This document shows, one piece after another, positions 9,439 to 17,904 of a stretch of 50,751 nt of DNA. Position numbers and translations under genes: made by a program. The stretch is from Escherichia phage P817: sequence record MZ826699.1, one strand, 5' to 3'. Position 1 is the stretch's first letter. Each line of letters opens with the position of its first letter. The notes beneath the pieces are model-generated. The model was not told the DNA's origin. It did not search any database and saw only the letters and a list, made by a program, of their open reading frames with translations.

Positions 9439-9651
9439 TCATAACTTCTCTGCCTCTTCCGCTGCCAGGATAAGCGCCGCAGCTAATTTGCGGGCCGCAT
9501 CAGGTGAGTATTGCATCAGTGTTTGGCAATCTGCGTAACCCTCAGGATCGAAGTCCAGGTTGACAACATTACCGCGAACTGTTCTCATCGTTACACTGAC
9601 CTCAGCTTGGTCAAAGTTAACATCATCAATACGTACAGTTTCCATAATCAT
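9439..9651 (-). CDS. small protein, paralog family member B
   Basis: 70 aa; paralog of 8481..8711. Confidence 0.45.
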   Translation of the reverse strand: MIMETVRIDDVNFDQAEVSVTMRTVRGNVVNLDFDPEGYADCQTLMQYSPDAARKLAAALILAAEEAEKL

Positions 9652-9715
9652 TTCCTCTTCGTTGTTGATAGGGTAATCATAGCTGACTACCCGATTTATT
9701 GTTTAGCAATTCGTG

Positions 9716-10279
9716 CTATTCACCGTTCAGGAGTGATTTAGCTTTCCGATAAAACTCGACAGCCTTTCTGACCTCATCTGCATCATAGCCATGAATCATG
9801 TCTGAGCTTGCCTGCAATTTGCTATGAGATTTGCGCTCAACCGATCTCCATGGGTCGCACCACTTGTGAATGTCTCTCCCATACATGCCCACCAGGTATG
9901 GATGTGCATATATCTTGTCACCAATAAGGCAAATGATTCCCGCGTCCTGTAGTGATGGTAGGATGTTGTCAATCAGGTTATTCATTACTCCATTACGCTC
10001 GACGAACGGCTGGACCTTTCTGATCGCCTCATATGTTGAGCGAACTCCCACAACGCCTTTTCCATTTGTCGCTTGCTTCCAGATCTTTTCAACCACGACG
10101 CATTGTTCACGATTTAGGTTTGCGCGACGCATAACTTCCACTTCGCACCAGTACTTTTGTGACTGTCGGTATCCGTTAGCATTGATTGCAACTCGTAGTG
10201 GTTCAAGCCCATCTTCCGTAGCAATCTCCATAATCTGCTCATCCGTCAATTTGTCCTCGTTGAAGTCAAACATCCCCAT
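9716..10279 (-). CDS. domain-deleted paralog of the 527-aa P-loop protein (N- and C-terminal segments only)
   Basis: MFDFNEDKL..LRVAINANGYRQSQ and NGKGVVGVRS.YEA.RKV.PF...CLIGDKIY shared with ORF 13772..15355; central P-loop region absent. Confidence 0.55.
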   Translation of the reverse strand: MGMFDFNEDKLTDEQIMEIATEDGLEPLRVAINANGYRQSQKYWCEVEVMRRANLNREQCVVVEKIWKQATNGKGVVGVRSTYEAIRKVQPFVERNGVMNNLIDNILPSLQDAGIICLIGDKIYAHPYLVGMYGRDIHKWCDPWRSVERKSHSKLQASSDMIHGYDADEVRKAVEFYRKAKSLLNGE

Positions 10280-10800
10280 TATTTTGTCTCCTTAATCATT
10301 TCCTGGTACATTTTGATTGCCTTGATGGCCCCTGTAATCTCATCGCCTTCAAACTCAGTCACGGATGGCATCAGCTTGAGTATTTTGACCTTAAAGTCGC
10401 TCACAGCCTTCTCTGCAATCTGGCAGTTTGCCTTCACTCGCTTTCCTGTCTGGATTGCGCCATCAACCAAAGACAGATAAGCACACCGAACCTCGACGTC
10501 ATCACCGAAATCACCATCCTTAATTGAAAGTTTTGCACGAACGTTTGCCTCCTGTATCTCTGGCATCCTGGCTACCGTATTGGCGACATATGACGCCTTC
10601 AGCTTTGCCATACTGTACTTGCCACCTACATCCAGATCCTCACGACTTATGCCTCCTATATCACTAGATGTGAGGCCGTAAACCTGGCGAGCTATTAGAT
10701 GGATTGGGACGTGGTAGCTGCGGTTCTCGGACTTGAGCGCTTGCTCCGCCATGTAGCGGACGACATCGCCCAGGCTTACGCGTTGATTATGATTTGACAT
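10279..10800 (-). CDS. hypothetical protein (first gene of leftward early operon)
   Basis: 173-aa ORF adjacent to AT-rich divergent control region. Confidence 0.5.
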   Translation of the reverse strand: MSNHNQRVSLGDVVRYMAEQALKSENRSYHVPIHLIARQVYGLTSSDIGGISREDLDVGGKYSMAKLKASYVANTVARMPEIQEANVRAKLSIKDGDFGDDVEVRCAYLSLVDGAIQTGKRVKANCQIAEKAVSDFKVKILKLMPSVTEFEGDEITGAIKAIKMYQEMIKETK

Positions 10801-11519
10801 AGATATTACTCCTGATTGGTGGTCTTCGTTAAGATGGGTGCAATACTACCAGCGTGGTTACATGTTATCAAGTGTTATTGATGCAAATGTTCGACTTAGT
10901 TACGTTTTGCGACCTCTCGCCCCAGATATAGCTCAATGTAAAGTCTGCGTATAGTTTGTAGATAAGGATTTTTAGCAAATGGGCCCCTACATGACCTTTT
11001 ATTCCTACAATGTCGTCATATTCCTACAGGTGTAGGAAAATATCATAGAAAACAATCGCAATATCACATATCCACTATCTACATTATCTACATATATATA
11101 TATTAATAATAATAATATAGATAAATGGTTATTATATAAGGATATTTTAATGTAACCATGGCGTAATTCTGCGTGATAAGCGTACACGATTCCTACGGTG
11201 GGCTTCTTCATCTACACGGCGTAACTTTTATAACGCGTATGCGCTAGAAACGTGTGGCGGGAAAATCCTACCAGGCGATCAGGGGATCAGACTTCACCCC
11301 ATCATTCCCCCCATCAATGAATCATTGCTCAATTCGCAACAATCGAAAACATCATTGCATCGGAAGCAATATTGCTGTATGTGCAATAGTCATGATAATC
11401 ATTGCAATAGCTGCAACAATCCATAAATCCAACGAATGGCACTTTTTTCTAATGACCGATCAGTTGTGATTCGCTATTGTTACTCCATCGAAACGAGTGA
11501 AGAGAACTGGAGAAAATAA
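10801..11519. promoter_or_regulatory. AT-rich divergent control region with palindrome TTCCTACAGGTGTAGGAA, direct repeats (ATTCCTACA, ATCTACAT, ATCATTGC x3); candidate early promoters or origin
   Basis: Non-coding, flanked by divergent genes; about 70 bp shares about 80% identity with 30710..30805. Confidence 0.45.
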
Positions 11520-11699
11520 ATGAGCACTGTTAAAATTCATTGCTACGTCGTGATGGCTGAGCCACGCGAGCCGGAATATGACACTCAGGTGCACTGCGTG
11601 TGCCTCAGTGAGCAGATGGCAGAGCAGGTTTGCGAGAAGATGAACGCAACCGACAAGTACAACCAGTACGACTACTACGAAACGGAGCTACAGAAATGA
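11520..11699 (+). CDS. hypothetical small protein (59 aa)
   Basis: Read by eye: RBS GGAGAAAATAA then ATG; ATGA overlap with next ORF. Confidence 0.35.
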   Translation: MSTVKIHCYVVMAEPREPEYDTQVHCVCLSEQMAEQVCEKMNATDKYNQYDYYETELQK

Positions 11700-11905
11700 T
11701 GTTTGACATTGTGCAGTTTATCGGGAGCGGCAACGAGTATCTGATCAGTTGCGATAACTCACAGACCGAAGTGTTCCGCCTGGTTGATGGTTTGCCACTG
11801 CAAACGACCGCGATGGATAGCCAAATCATTGAGTGCGCGTTATTGTCTGGCGGCGCGCGGGTAATTGGTCAGGCGAAAATCACTGTTGAGATTTCACTAA
11901 TTTAA
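11696..11905 (+). CDS. hypothetical protein
   Basis: MMFDIVQF...; in ORF-track frame 11630..11905. Confidence 0.35.
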   Translation: MMFDIVQFIGSGNEYLISCDNSQTEVFRLVDGLPLQTTAMDSQIIECALLSGGARVIGQAKITVEISLI

Positions 11906-11916
11906 GGAATTAACAA

Positions 11917-12153
11917 ATGAGAATTGTTCACGGAGTCATCTACAAGGGCGTAGCGGACGGCAAGACCAGATTCATTACTCCGTCGGGCCGGATGTATGTG
12001 TGGGCCTATGGAGCCTGGCGCTTCTATTATCAGTTCGTCGATTCAACCTATAAACTTATTAGCTCAGCAGTCGGCAAGAAAGGCAGTAAAGTATTCCTGG
12101 CCTCAAGCCGCAAGGTCTTCATGGAAAAAGCGTGTAGCGCTAGATCCGATTGA
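11917..12153 (+). CDS. hypothetical protein
   Basis: 78 aa; RBS AGGAAT upstream. Confidence 0.4.
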   Translation: MRIVHGVIYKGVADGKTRFITPSGRMYVWAYGAWRFYYQFVDSTYKLISSAVGKKGSKVFLASSRKVFMEKACSARSD

Positions 12154-12172
12154 CTACTTTGCCGTTGAGTTC

Positions 12173-12352
12173 ATGGGGAATCGGTTCAGCAAAAGACGGC
12201 TGTTACGCAATGGTGATATTGCCAGGGTTCAGCAAAATGCTGCTGTTGCGTTCGGTAAAGCGGCACGTCAGAACCTGACTGGTTATCAGCCATGCATAAC
12301 GCCGACGCCGTTTTACGTGCATAAGCAGCGACCACCAAAAAGCCGTAAATAG
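12173..12352 (+). CDS. hypothetical basic protein
   Basis: In frame of track ORF 11996..12352; stop TAG lies in intergenic box. Confidence 0.25.
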   Translation: MGNRFSKRRLLRNGDIARVQQNAAVAFGKAARQNLTGYQPCITPTPFYVHKQRPPKSRK

Positions 12353-12430
12353 CACGAATTGCTAAACGAAGCCTCACGGATTGAGGCATAATAATTTCAT
12401 CGAAACGAAGTACACAAAGAGGAAGTAAAA

Positions 12431-12655
12431 ATGTCAGTTAAAGCTCAGAACGTAGTAGCACACATCGAAGCAAAAGGCCGTGCAATCGTCAAGCTGGACC
12501 GCGCCGCAGGCGTAAGCCAAATCACCATTACGCGCCGTGAGTTCGACCGCTACGTTGTTGGCACTCATCCAGGCTCAATCATCCGTAGCCTTACCCGTGC
12601 TGAGATGGTTAAGCTGTTAAACGAAAACTCACTTTATATCAACTCCTGGAGCTAA
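12431..12655 (+). CDS. hypothetical protein
   Basis: 74 aa; strong RBS AGAGGAAG; preceded by box/stem-loop/box module. Confidence 0.5.
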   Translation: MSVKAQNVVAHIEAKGRAIVKLDRAAGVSQITITRREFDRYVVGTHPGSIIRSLTRAEMVKLLNENSLYINSWS

Positions 12656-12657
12656 CA

Positions 12658-12873
12658 GTGCATCAAGATAATTTTCGTGATCGCTATCGTGAAGCTATTG
12701 AGGCCGGACTGAATGAAGATTGGGCGCTCACAGTTTCCTATGGATACGTCGAACTCGACACGGCACTTGGCGAAATGGATATGGACCAGGAAAGCGAAAG
12801 CAACCAGTCAGTAGACGGGATCGGGGATGACTTCGACTACCGCTTAAAATTTGACGACGGAATACCGTTCTAA
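12658..12873 (+). CDS. small acidic protein with SSB-like C-terminal tail (…KFDDGIPF)
   Basis: GTG start 9 nt after GGAG; C-terminus resembles SSB tail DDDIPF. Confidence 0.45.
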   Translation: MHQDNFRDRYREAIEAGLNEDWALTVSYGYVELDTALGEMDMDQESESNQSVDGIGDDFDYRLKFDDGIPF

Positions 12874-12879
12874 GGAATC

Positions 12880-13122
12880 ATGATGAAAATTCGCTGCACT
12901 AACTGCATTACCAGCACTGACAAGAAGGTTCTTACGCCATTCGTAAAAGGCTCTGTATACGACGCTGAGCCGCTAATCATTAACGGTAAGACAATCCCGA
13001 ACGAATGGGTGATTAATGGCGCTGAGCGACCGCACAAGCACGATTCTGGCTGGATTGCTATCGCAGGTTGGAAGGTCGGAATGTTTATCCCTGGAATCGC
13101 AACGTTTGATGAGGTGAAATAA
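12880..13122 (+). CDS. hypothetical protein
   Basis: 80 aa; RBS AGGAATC. Confidence 0.45.
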   Translation: MMKIRCTNCITSTDKKVLTPFVKGSVYDAEPLIINGKTIPNEWVINGAERPHKHDSGWIAIAGWKVGMFIPGIATFDEVK

Positions 13123-13283
13123 TGCTCAAGCCATCTGAGATAAACTACTTCGATCTTGAAGTCATTAGTGCCTATAGCGGAAAGGGATGGCCATGCGGTG
13201 ATTTGTTTAACGAGGATTTGCTTGAGAGCCATGAAACAATGCTCAAAGCGATAGAGAAAGCACGAAATAGCACGAATTGCTAA
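13122..13283 (+). CDS. hypothetical small protein (53 aa)
   Basis: Read by eye; ATGA overlap with previous ORF; stop inside intergenic box. Confidence 0.3.
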   Translation: MLKPSEINYFDLEVISAYSGKGWPCGDLFNEDLLESHETMLKAIEKARNSTNC

Positions 13284-13346
13284 AGCCCTTCGGGGCTTTT
13301 CCTGTATATTGATCTCATCGAAACGAAACACAAAAAGGCAAACAAA

Positions 13347-13700
13347 ATGACAATCACCACTAAAAACTTCGTTACCTCCGACAATCGCCTACTGAAAGCT
13401 CGCGTCAGCAAGAATGGATTTGAACAGGTCAAGATCAATGGAAAGTGGGTCAACCTGGATATCAAAGGCCGTTACATCAAGACTAAAACCCTTTACGTTA
13501 CCAAGGTGAATCACAAATCTTCCGTCAAAAAAGACTTCACCGAAGGCAAGCGCTACCAGGTTTCTCTCCATGCTGGATTGGGAAGCAACGCTGGCTATAT
13601 TTTTGACAACGAGGGTCATGCGTGGCAGTTGTACCGTGACGAGGATGTTGGGTTTGTATCACTGTGTGGAACTTATCGCTGGGAAGCTCAGTACAAATAA
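13347..13700 (+). CDS. hypothetical protein
   Basis: 117 aa; preceded by box/stem-loop/box module. Confidence 0.5.
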   Translation: MTITTKNFVTSDNRLLKARVSKNGFEQVKINGKWVNLDIKGRYIKTKTLYVTKVNHKSSVKKDFTEGKRYQVSLHAGLGSNAGYIFDNEGHAWQLYRDEDVGFVSLCGTYRWEAQYK

Positions 13701-13771
13701 GTAGCATTTTTTGGCAAGCGGTCTTACCATAGGTGCGTTAACATTGGCGCACCAACTAAGGAGTTATTTTA

Positions 13772-15355
13772 ATGTTTGATTTCAACGAAGATAAATTGTC
13801 AATCGATCAGGTCATGGCTGTAGCCGCTGCCGATAACCTGCCACCTCTACGCGTAGCAATCAACGCGAACGGGTACAGGCAAAGCCAGTCATTCTGGAAA
13901 TCCCCAACAGAGATTGACTCAGGCGGTGACAAATATCCGGTAATTTCACTTGGTAACGATTATGATGTCGTTGGTAAACTGTCAAGCAATGCCGCTCGTT
14001 CTGTTCAGTTCCCCGAGTCGTCCGCTTACATGCATTTCCTCGGATGCATATCAGCCGCCATGCTGGGCCGATTTACGGTTGAGTATCACGGAACACAACA
14101 GCCTACCGCGCTGTACGTCGTAACCAGTCAGCCGCCATCGACAGGTAAATCAGCCATCAACTCACTTTCGCTGGCCCCGATGATCGCAGAGACTGAACGA
14201 CTCAACGAGATCCGAAAGCGCGACCGCAAGAAGATTATGGCTAAGCTTTCCGCTCTATCCAAGGAGATGAAGCAGGAGAAATCACCGTCTGATATGGCGG
14301 CTCTGTTTGAGGAGAAAGAGGAGCTTGAAGAAAAACTTGAACGACTCTGTGACATCGTTTTCCCCGTATCCGACACCACGCCGGAAGGTCTTGCGCGAAT
14401 CAACAACCGCCAGGGCAACTTTGCAGTTATCTCGGATGAAGCAACGAGCGTGAACTCACTGTTAGGCATGACCTATGGTGACGGCTCAAAGAAAACGAAC
14501 AGCGAGCTTGTGCTTAAGGCGTGGGATGCTGGTAACGTATCTATCGCCCGTGCGAACGCAGACAATAACATGAGCTTCATTGCGATGGGCTGTATATCTG
14601 TAATTGCACAGGATGAAACAATCAACGCGATCATGAATGCTGGTGCGCGTGGTATCGGTGTGTCAGAACGTTTCTTGCTTGTGCGTGAGAAGTCATTCCT
14701 TGGCGAGCGTGTATTCGTTGACGAAAAAGGCGAATCAACATACGAGCCTATTGATGGCGGACTCAAGGCGGACTACTTTCGTCTGGTCCATGAGATCATG
14801 AGCGAACACGAAGTCAACCTGACAGTGAGCACGTCGGCGATGAAATATCTCAACCGTGCGCGTCAGGATATGGAACCTCACCTTGCGGACGGCGGGAAGT
14901 ATTCACACACAATGCTTCGCGGCGCGCTTGGTAAGTTTGATAAGCAGGCTATCAGGATCGCGGCTGTTCTTCACACTGTGCGTAACTGGTTTAATCCCAA
15001 TGGCGGTAGTCCGAAGAAGTCCAGAGAGATTGAGCTTGATACAATGCAGGAAGCGGTAATTATGTTCCAGGAACTGAGTAAGACTTATCTGTCATCTGCA
15101 AACGCTGCTGGTCATGCTGGCGACCATGCGGAGATGAATAAGCTGATCGATATTCTGATCAAGCAAGGTAAGAACGGGAAAGGCGTTGTAGGTGTCCGAT
15201 CCCTATATGAAGCGGCTCGTAAGGTTAAGCCATTCGAGGGCCAGGCTGGCGTAATGACTCGAATCAAAGACCATCTGATCCCTATGCTTGATGAGAAAAA
15301 CTATACGTGCCTGATTGGTGATAAAATTTACATTAATCCGCGACTGCTGGGGTAA
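13772..15355 (+). CDS. putative replication-associated P-loop NTPase
   Basis: 527 aa; Walker A-like QPPSTGKSA and Walker B-like FAVISDEAT in central region; RBS AAGGAG. Confidence 0.55.
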   Translation: MFDFNEDKLSIDQVMAVAAADNLPPLRVAINANGYRQSQSFWKSPTEIDSGGDKYPVISLGNDYDVVGKLSSNAARSVQFPESSAYMHFLGCISAAMLGRFTVEYHGTQQPTALYVVTSQPPSTGKSAINSLSLAPMIAETERLNEIRKRDRKKIMAKLSALSKEMKQEKSPSDMAALFEEKEELEEKLERLCDIVFPVSDTTPEGLARINNRQGNFAVISDEATSVNSLLGMTYGDGSKKTNSELVLKAWDAGNVSIARANADNNMSFIAMGCISVIAQDETINAIMNAGARGIGVSERFLLVREKSFLGERVFVDEKGESTYEPIDGGLKADYFRLVHEIMSEHEVNLTVSTSAMKYLNRARQDMEPHLADGGKYSHTMLRGALGKFDKQAIRIAAVLHTVRNWFNPNGGSPKKSREIELDTMQEAVIMFQELSKTYLSSANAAGHAGDHAEMNKLIDILIKQGKNGKGVVGVRSLYEAARKVKPFEGQAGVMTRIKDHLIPMLDEKNYTCLIGDKIYINPRLLG

Positions 15356-15358
15356 ATT

Positions 15359-15733
15359 ATGTTTCTTCTGGATCTGTACCGTTTTTGCGAAGGCTATGAA
15401 AAATTCAACCGTCAGCACCTGGCGGTATTCATATACAAGCATAGGGAGTGCGAGCGACTGGCGAAGGCTGCCGGAGTTACGCCTCGCTACTTCGCATCAT
15501 CAGCATCAAAGGAGTTCATCGCAAGATGCATGGGCGAAGGATACCTTGACGGCGTGAACAACTGGTACTGGTCCAAAGGGGCGCAAAAAAGGCCATTTGA
15601 ATTTCATTTCAGGTGCTATGGCGGTGAGAGCGATCGCTATACATGGGAGATGATGAACATAGAGAAGATGAGCGATGAAGAGTTATTCGGAAAGCCAGGT
15701 CGTAATCGACGCGATAATCAGATGCAGTTCTGA
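15359..15733 (+). CDS. hypothetical protein
   Basis: 124-aa ORF. Confidence 0.45.
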   Translation: MFLLDLYRFCEGYEKFNRQHLAVFIYKHRECERLAKAAGVTPRYFASSASKEFIARCMGEGYLDGVNNWYWSKGAQKRPFEFHFRCYGGESDRYTWEMMNIEKMSDEELFGKPGRNRRDNQMQF

Positions 15734-15872
15734 GAATGGCATTAGTGAGGACGGGCTTAACCAAGCCCTTCTCTCAATGCTTAACTCATCCATGCGCGCC
15801 GGACGACGTGATGAGCATACGTTGTGCAATAATGAAGGTGAATTGTTGCTACTGGTGCAAAGATTTGGATAA
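15675..15872 (+). CDS. hypothetical protein
   Basis: 65-aa ORF ending at bidirectional terminator. Confidence 0.3.
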   Translation: MKSYSESQVVIDAIIRCSSENGISEDGLNQALLSMLNSSMRAGRRDEHTLCNNEGELLLLVQRFG

Positions 15873-15906
15873 AAAAAGGGAGCCTTTCGGCTCCTTTTAT
15901 TTTTTG
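15872..15906. terminator. bidirectional intrinsic terminator (GGAGCC-TTTC-GGCTCC flanked by A7 and T-rich tract)
   Basis: Perfect 6-bp GC stem with U-tracts on both strands between convergent genes. Confidence 0.7.
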
Positions 15907-16283
15907 CGTCGTTCCAGCCAAATTGAAAGAGCAATCATCAGAATGCCAATGAACAGGAATACCAGTCCGGCAATCAGATTACCTTTCGAGTCATCGTTCC
16001 TGATCTCAATCTTATCAGCGATGATGGTGTCAGCCTTGATGCTTGAGGTGCTGACAGACTTACCGTTTGACGTATCAACCTTTCCTACCTTTGAATCTTT
16101 GATAGTGGTGTCGTTGTCGTTTGACTTATCCACCTTTCCGGTAACGCCTACCGTTTGCTTCACGTTCTCAGCCCCAGCCTGCGCACTGATTTCTGGCTTG
16201 CTGCCAATTAAACCAGTCAGCGCAGATGTCGCCGAACAACCTGATAACACGAACATCATTAAAATAAATAGCACCTTTTGCAT
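15897..16283 (-). CDS. unimolecular spanin (T1 gp11-like): lipoprotein with C-terminal transmembrane helix
   Basis: Start at MQKV (RBS GAGGA); lipobox FVLSGC; C-terminal TM LIAGLVFLFIGILMIALSIWL; adjacent to lysis genes. Confidence 0.6.
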   Translation of the reverse strand: MQKVLFILMMFVLSGCSATSALTGLIGSKPEISAQAGAENVKQTVGVTGKVDKSNDNDTTIKDSKVGKVDTSNGKSVSTSSIKADTIIADKIEIRNDDSKGNLIAGLVFLFIGILMIALSIWLERRKK

Positions 16284-16341
16284 AAAATCCTCATCTAGTT
16301 TGTGGTATGGTTTGATCACTATACATTGCAAATGGTGAAAA

Positions 16342-16806
16342 ATGAACTGGAATGATATTTTTTATTTAAAAGATGGTGTTTTAATGTGGGGTAAAAAAAC
16401 CTCAAGGAGAGTGTCACTAAATTCACCCGCTGGCAGCATACAAAATAGCGGGTATGTAAGCGTAGGCCTTGACGGTAAAAGATATTACGCACATAGAATA
16501 GTGTGGGAAATGCACAATGGAAAAATACCTGACGGTATGTTCATTGATCACATAAATCACATAAGGCACGACAACAGAATAGAAAACCTCAGATTAGTTT
16601 CAAGATCAGAGAATATGAAAAACCAGAGCTTAAGGATTGATAGCACAAGCGGATTTACTGGAGTAACTTACAGGAAAAGGGATAGTGTATGGATAGCTCA
16701 AGATGACGGATCTCATTTAGGTAGTTTCAATTCATTTGAAGAAGCAGTTAAAGCTAGAGAAAGGTATAATTTAATCAATAACTTTCATGAAAATCACGGG
16801 GCTTGA
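16342..16806 (+). CDS. HNH homing endonuclease with AP2-like DNA-binding domain
   Basis: HNH motif HINHIRHDNRIENLRLVSRSEN; AP2-like GFTGVTYRKRDSVW...FEEAVKARERYN; AT-rich, opposite strand to flanking lysis genes. Confidence 0.75.
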   Translation: MNWNDIFYLKDGVLMWGKKTSRRVSLNSPAGSIQNSGYVSVGLDGKRYYAHRIVWEMHNGKIPDGMFIDHINHIRHDNRIENLRLVSRSENMKNQSLRIDSTSGFTGVTYRKRDSVWIAQDDGSHLGSFNSFEEAVKARERYNLINNFHENHGA

Positions 16807-16817
16807 CGCCCCGATTT

Positions 16818-17312
16818 TTATTTTAGTTCAGCTACACAATATTCATATTCGAACGCCCGTCGATTCTTAAGCCCCTTTGACCGCTCTTTCTTTCCGGTCT
16901 TCGGATTCTTAAAGTAAGTCCAGGACCATAGCTGATTGCAAGCCTCAAGTAGTTTACCCTGGTTAGTAAGTCTCAGCATAGTGGAATTACGGTAAGCACC
17001 AGTGCCAACGTTGAAAGTGAAGCTGTACATTGCCGCACGGAAGTGATCCGGCACGTCAACCTTAATCCGCTTATCAACCTCACGCTTGGCGATGTCGATA
17101 TGCTTATATAGCAATGCGTCGCATTCTCTTTTGGTGTAGGTCTTGCCGAGAATAACGTCAGGTCCAGTGATGCCAGCGCACACCGTCCATACTCCGGCAA
17201 TATCCTTATATGGATTGTACTCAACGCCTTCAATCTTCTCAACAAGTGAAGGAGTTAGCGATAAAGCTACACCAAAAGAAATACTAGCAAGCGTCCTGTT
17301 TACGCTCATCAT
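16818..17312 (-). CDS. endolysin, T4/P21-type lysozyme with N-terminal SAR domain
   Basis: E-x8-D-x5-T catalytic spacing ([16 protein letters not shown]); weakly hydrophobic N-terminal [17 protein letters not shown]. Confidence 0.7.
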   Translation of the reverse strand: MMSVNRTLASISFGVALSLTPSLVEKIEGVEYNPYKDIAGVWTVCAGITGPDVILGKTYTKRECDALLYKHIDIAKREVDKRIKVDVPDHFRAAMYSFTFNVGTGAYRNSTMLRLTNQGKLLEACNQLWSWTYFKNPKTGKKERSKGLKNRRAFEYEYCVAELK

Positions 17313-17539
17313 TATTTACCCCTTAGTTTAAGCGCCGTCGGCAAGTCTCCTGAGTCAAGCGCCTGACGAATGGCTTTGCTATCCTGATATTTCCAGTAAG
17401 CACCCCAAATGCCAAAACAAACGAACAGGATGAACGTCGCACCCGCGATCGCCAGTTGGCCCGTTGCAGCGCCAGCGAAAGATGCCCCGCCAGTGCCAGC
17501 CGTTACAGTGTTTAATACCTCTTTCATGTGATCCACCAT
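17312..17539 (-). CDS. holin
   Basis: 75 aa; hydrophobic segment [19 protein letters not shown]; charged C-terminus; directly upstream of endolysin. Confidence 0.6.
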   Translation of the reverse strand: MVDHMKEVLNTVTAGTGGASFAGAATGQLAIAGATFILFVCFGIWGAYWKYQDSKAIRQALDSGDLPTALKLRGK

Positions 17540-17605
17540 TTATGCAATTGTCAATATCTCAGTTAGTAAAAAACATAATACATTAGCACGGTATAGAAAA
17601 GAAGC

Positions 17606-17632
17606 ACAAAAAAAGGGAGCCTAAAGGCTCCC
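17606..17632 (-). terminator. intrinsic terminator (GGGAGCC-TAAA-GGCTCCC + T8 on minus strand)
   Basis: Perfect 7-bp stem followed by U-tract; separates the helicase/Dam operon from lysis genes. Confidence 0.65.
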
Positions 17633-17659
17633 CGTGCGTAACGTTATGTTTTTATTGCG

Positions 17660-17833
17660 CTAGTCAGCGATAATAAATTCAACCAGCGCACCATCAATCG
17701 GCGCAAAAATCCACGTCATATCGTCGCCGTAAATCTTGTAGTTACCGTCACCTTGATACTCGGCGCTGTACGGATTGTTAACAGTGAAAGGCAGTGTTTT
17801 AGATGTGTTCTTAACGCAAAATAATTTAACCAT
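17660..17833 (-). CDS. hypothetical small protein (57 aa)
   Basis: Read by eye; RBS GAGGA; between metallophosphoesterase gene and terminator. Confidence 0.35.
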   Translation of the reverse strand: MVKLFCVKNTSKTLPFTVNNPYSAEYQGDGNYKIYGDDMTWIFAPIDGALVEFIIAD

Positions 17834-17904
17834 GATTGAATCCTCTGTGAGTGAGGTATGAATATAGCGCCTTCCGGCGCTACAGTGTTAGGCAATTCGT
17901 GCTA

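Noticed and set aside
11005-11469. ORFs 11005..11211 (-) and 11254..11469 (+) in the AT-rich control region
   Set aside because: Low-complexity translations (Tyr/Ile/Asn runs) driven by (AT)n and iteron-like repeats; more likely non-coding regulatory DNA.
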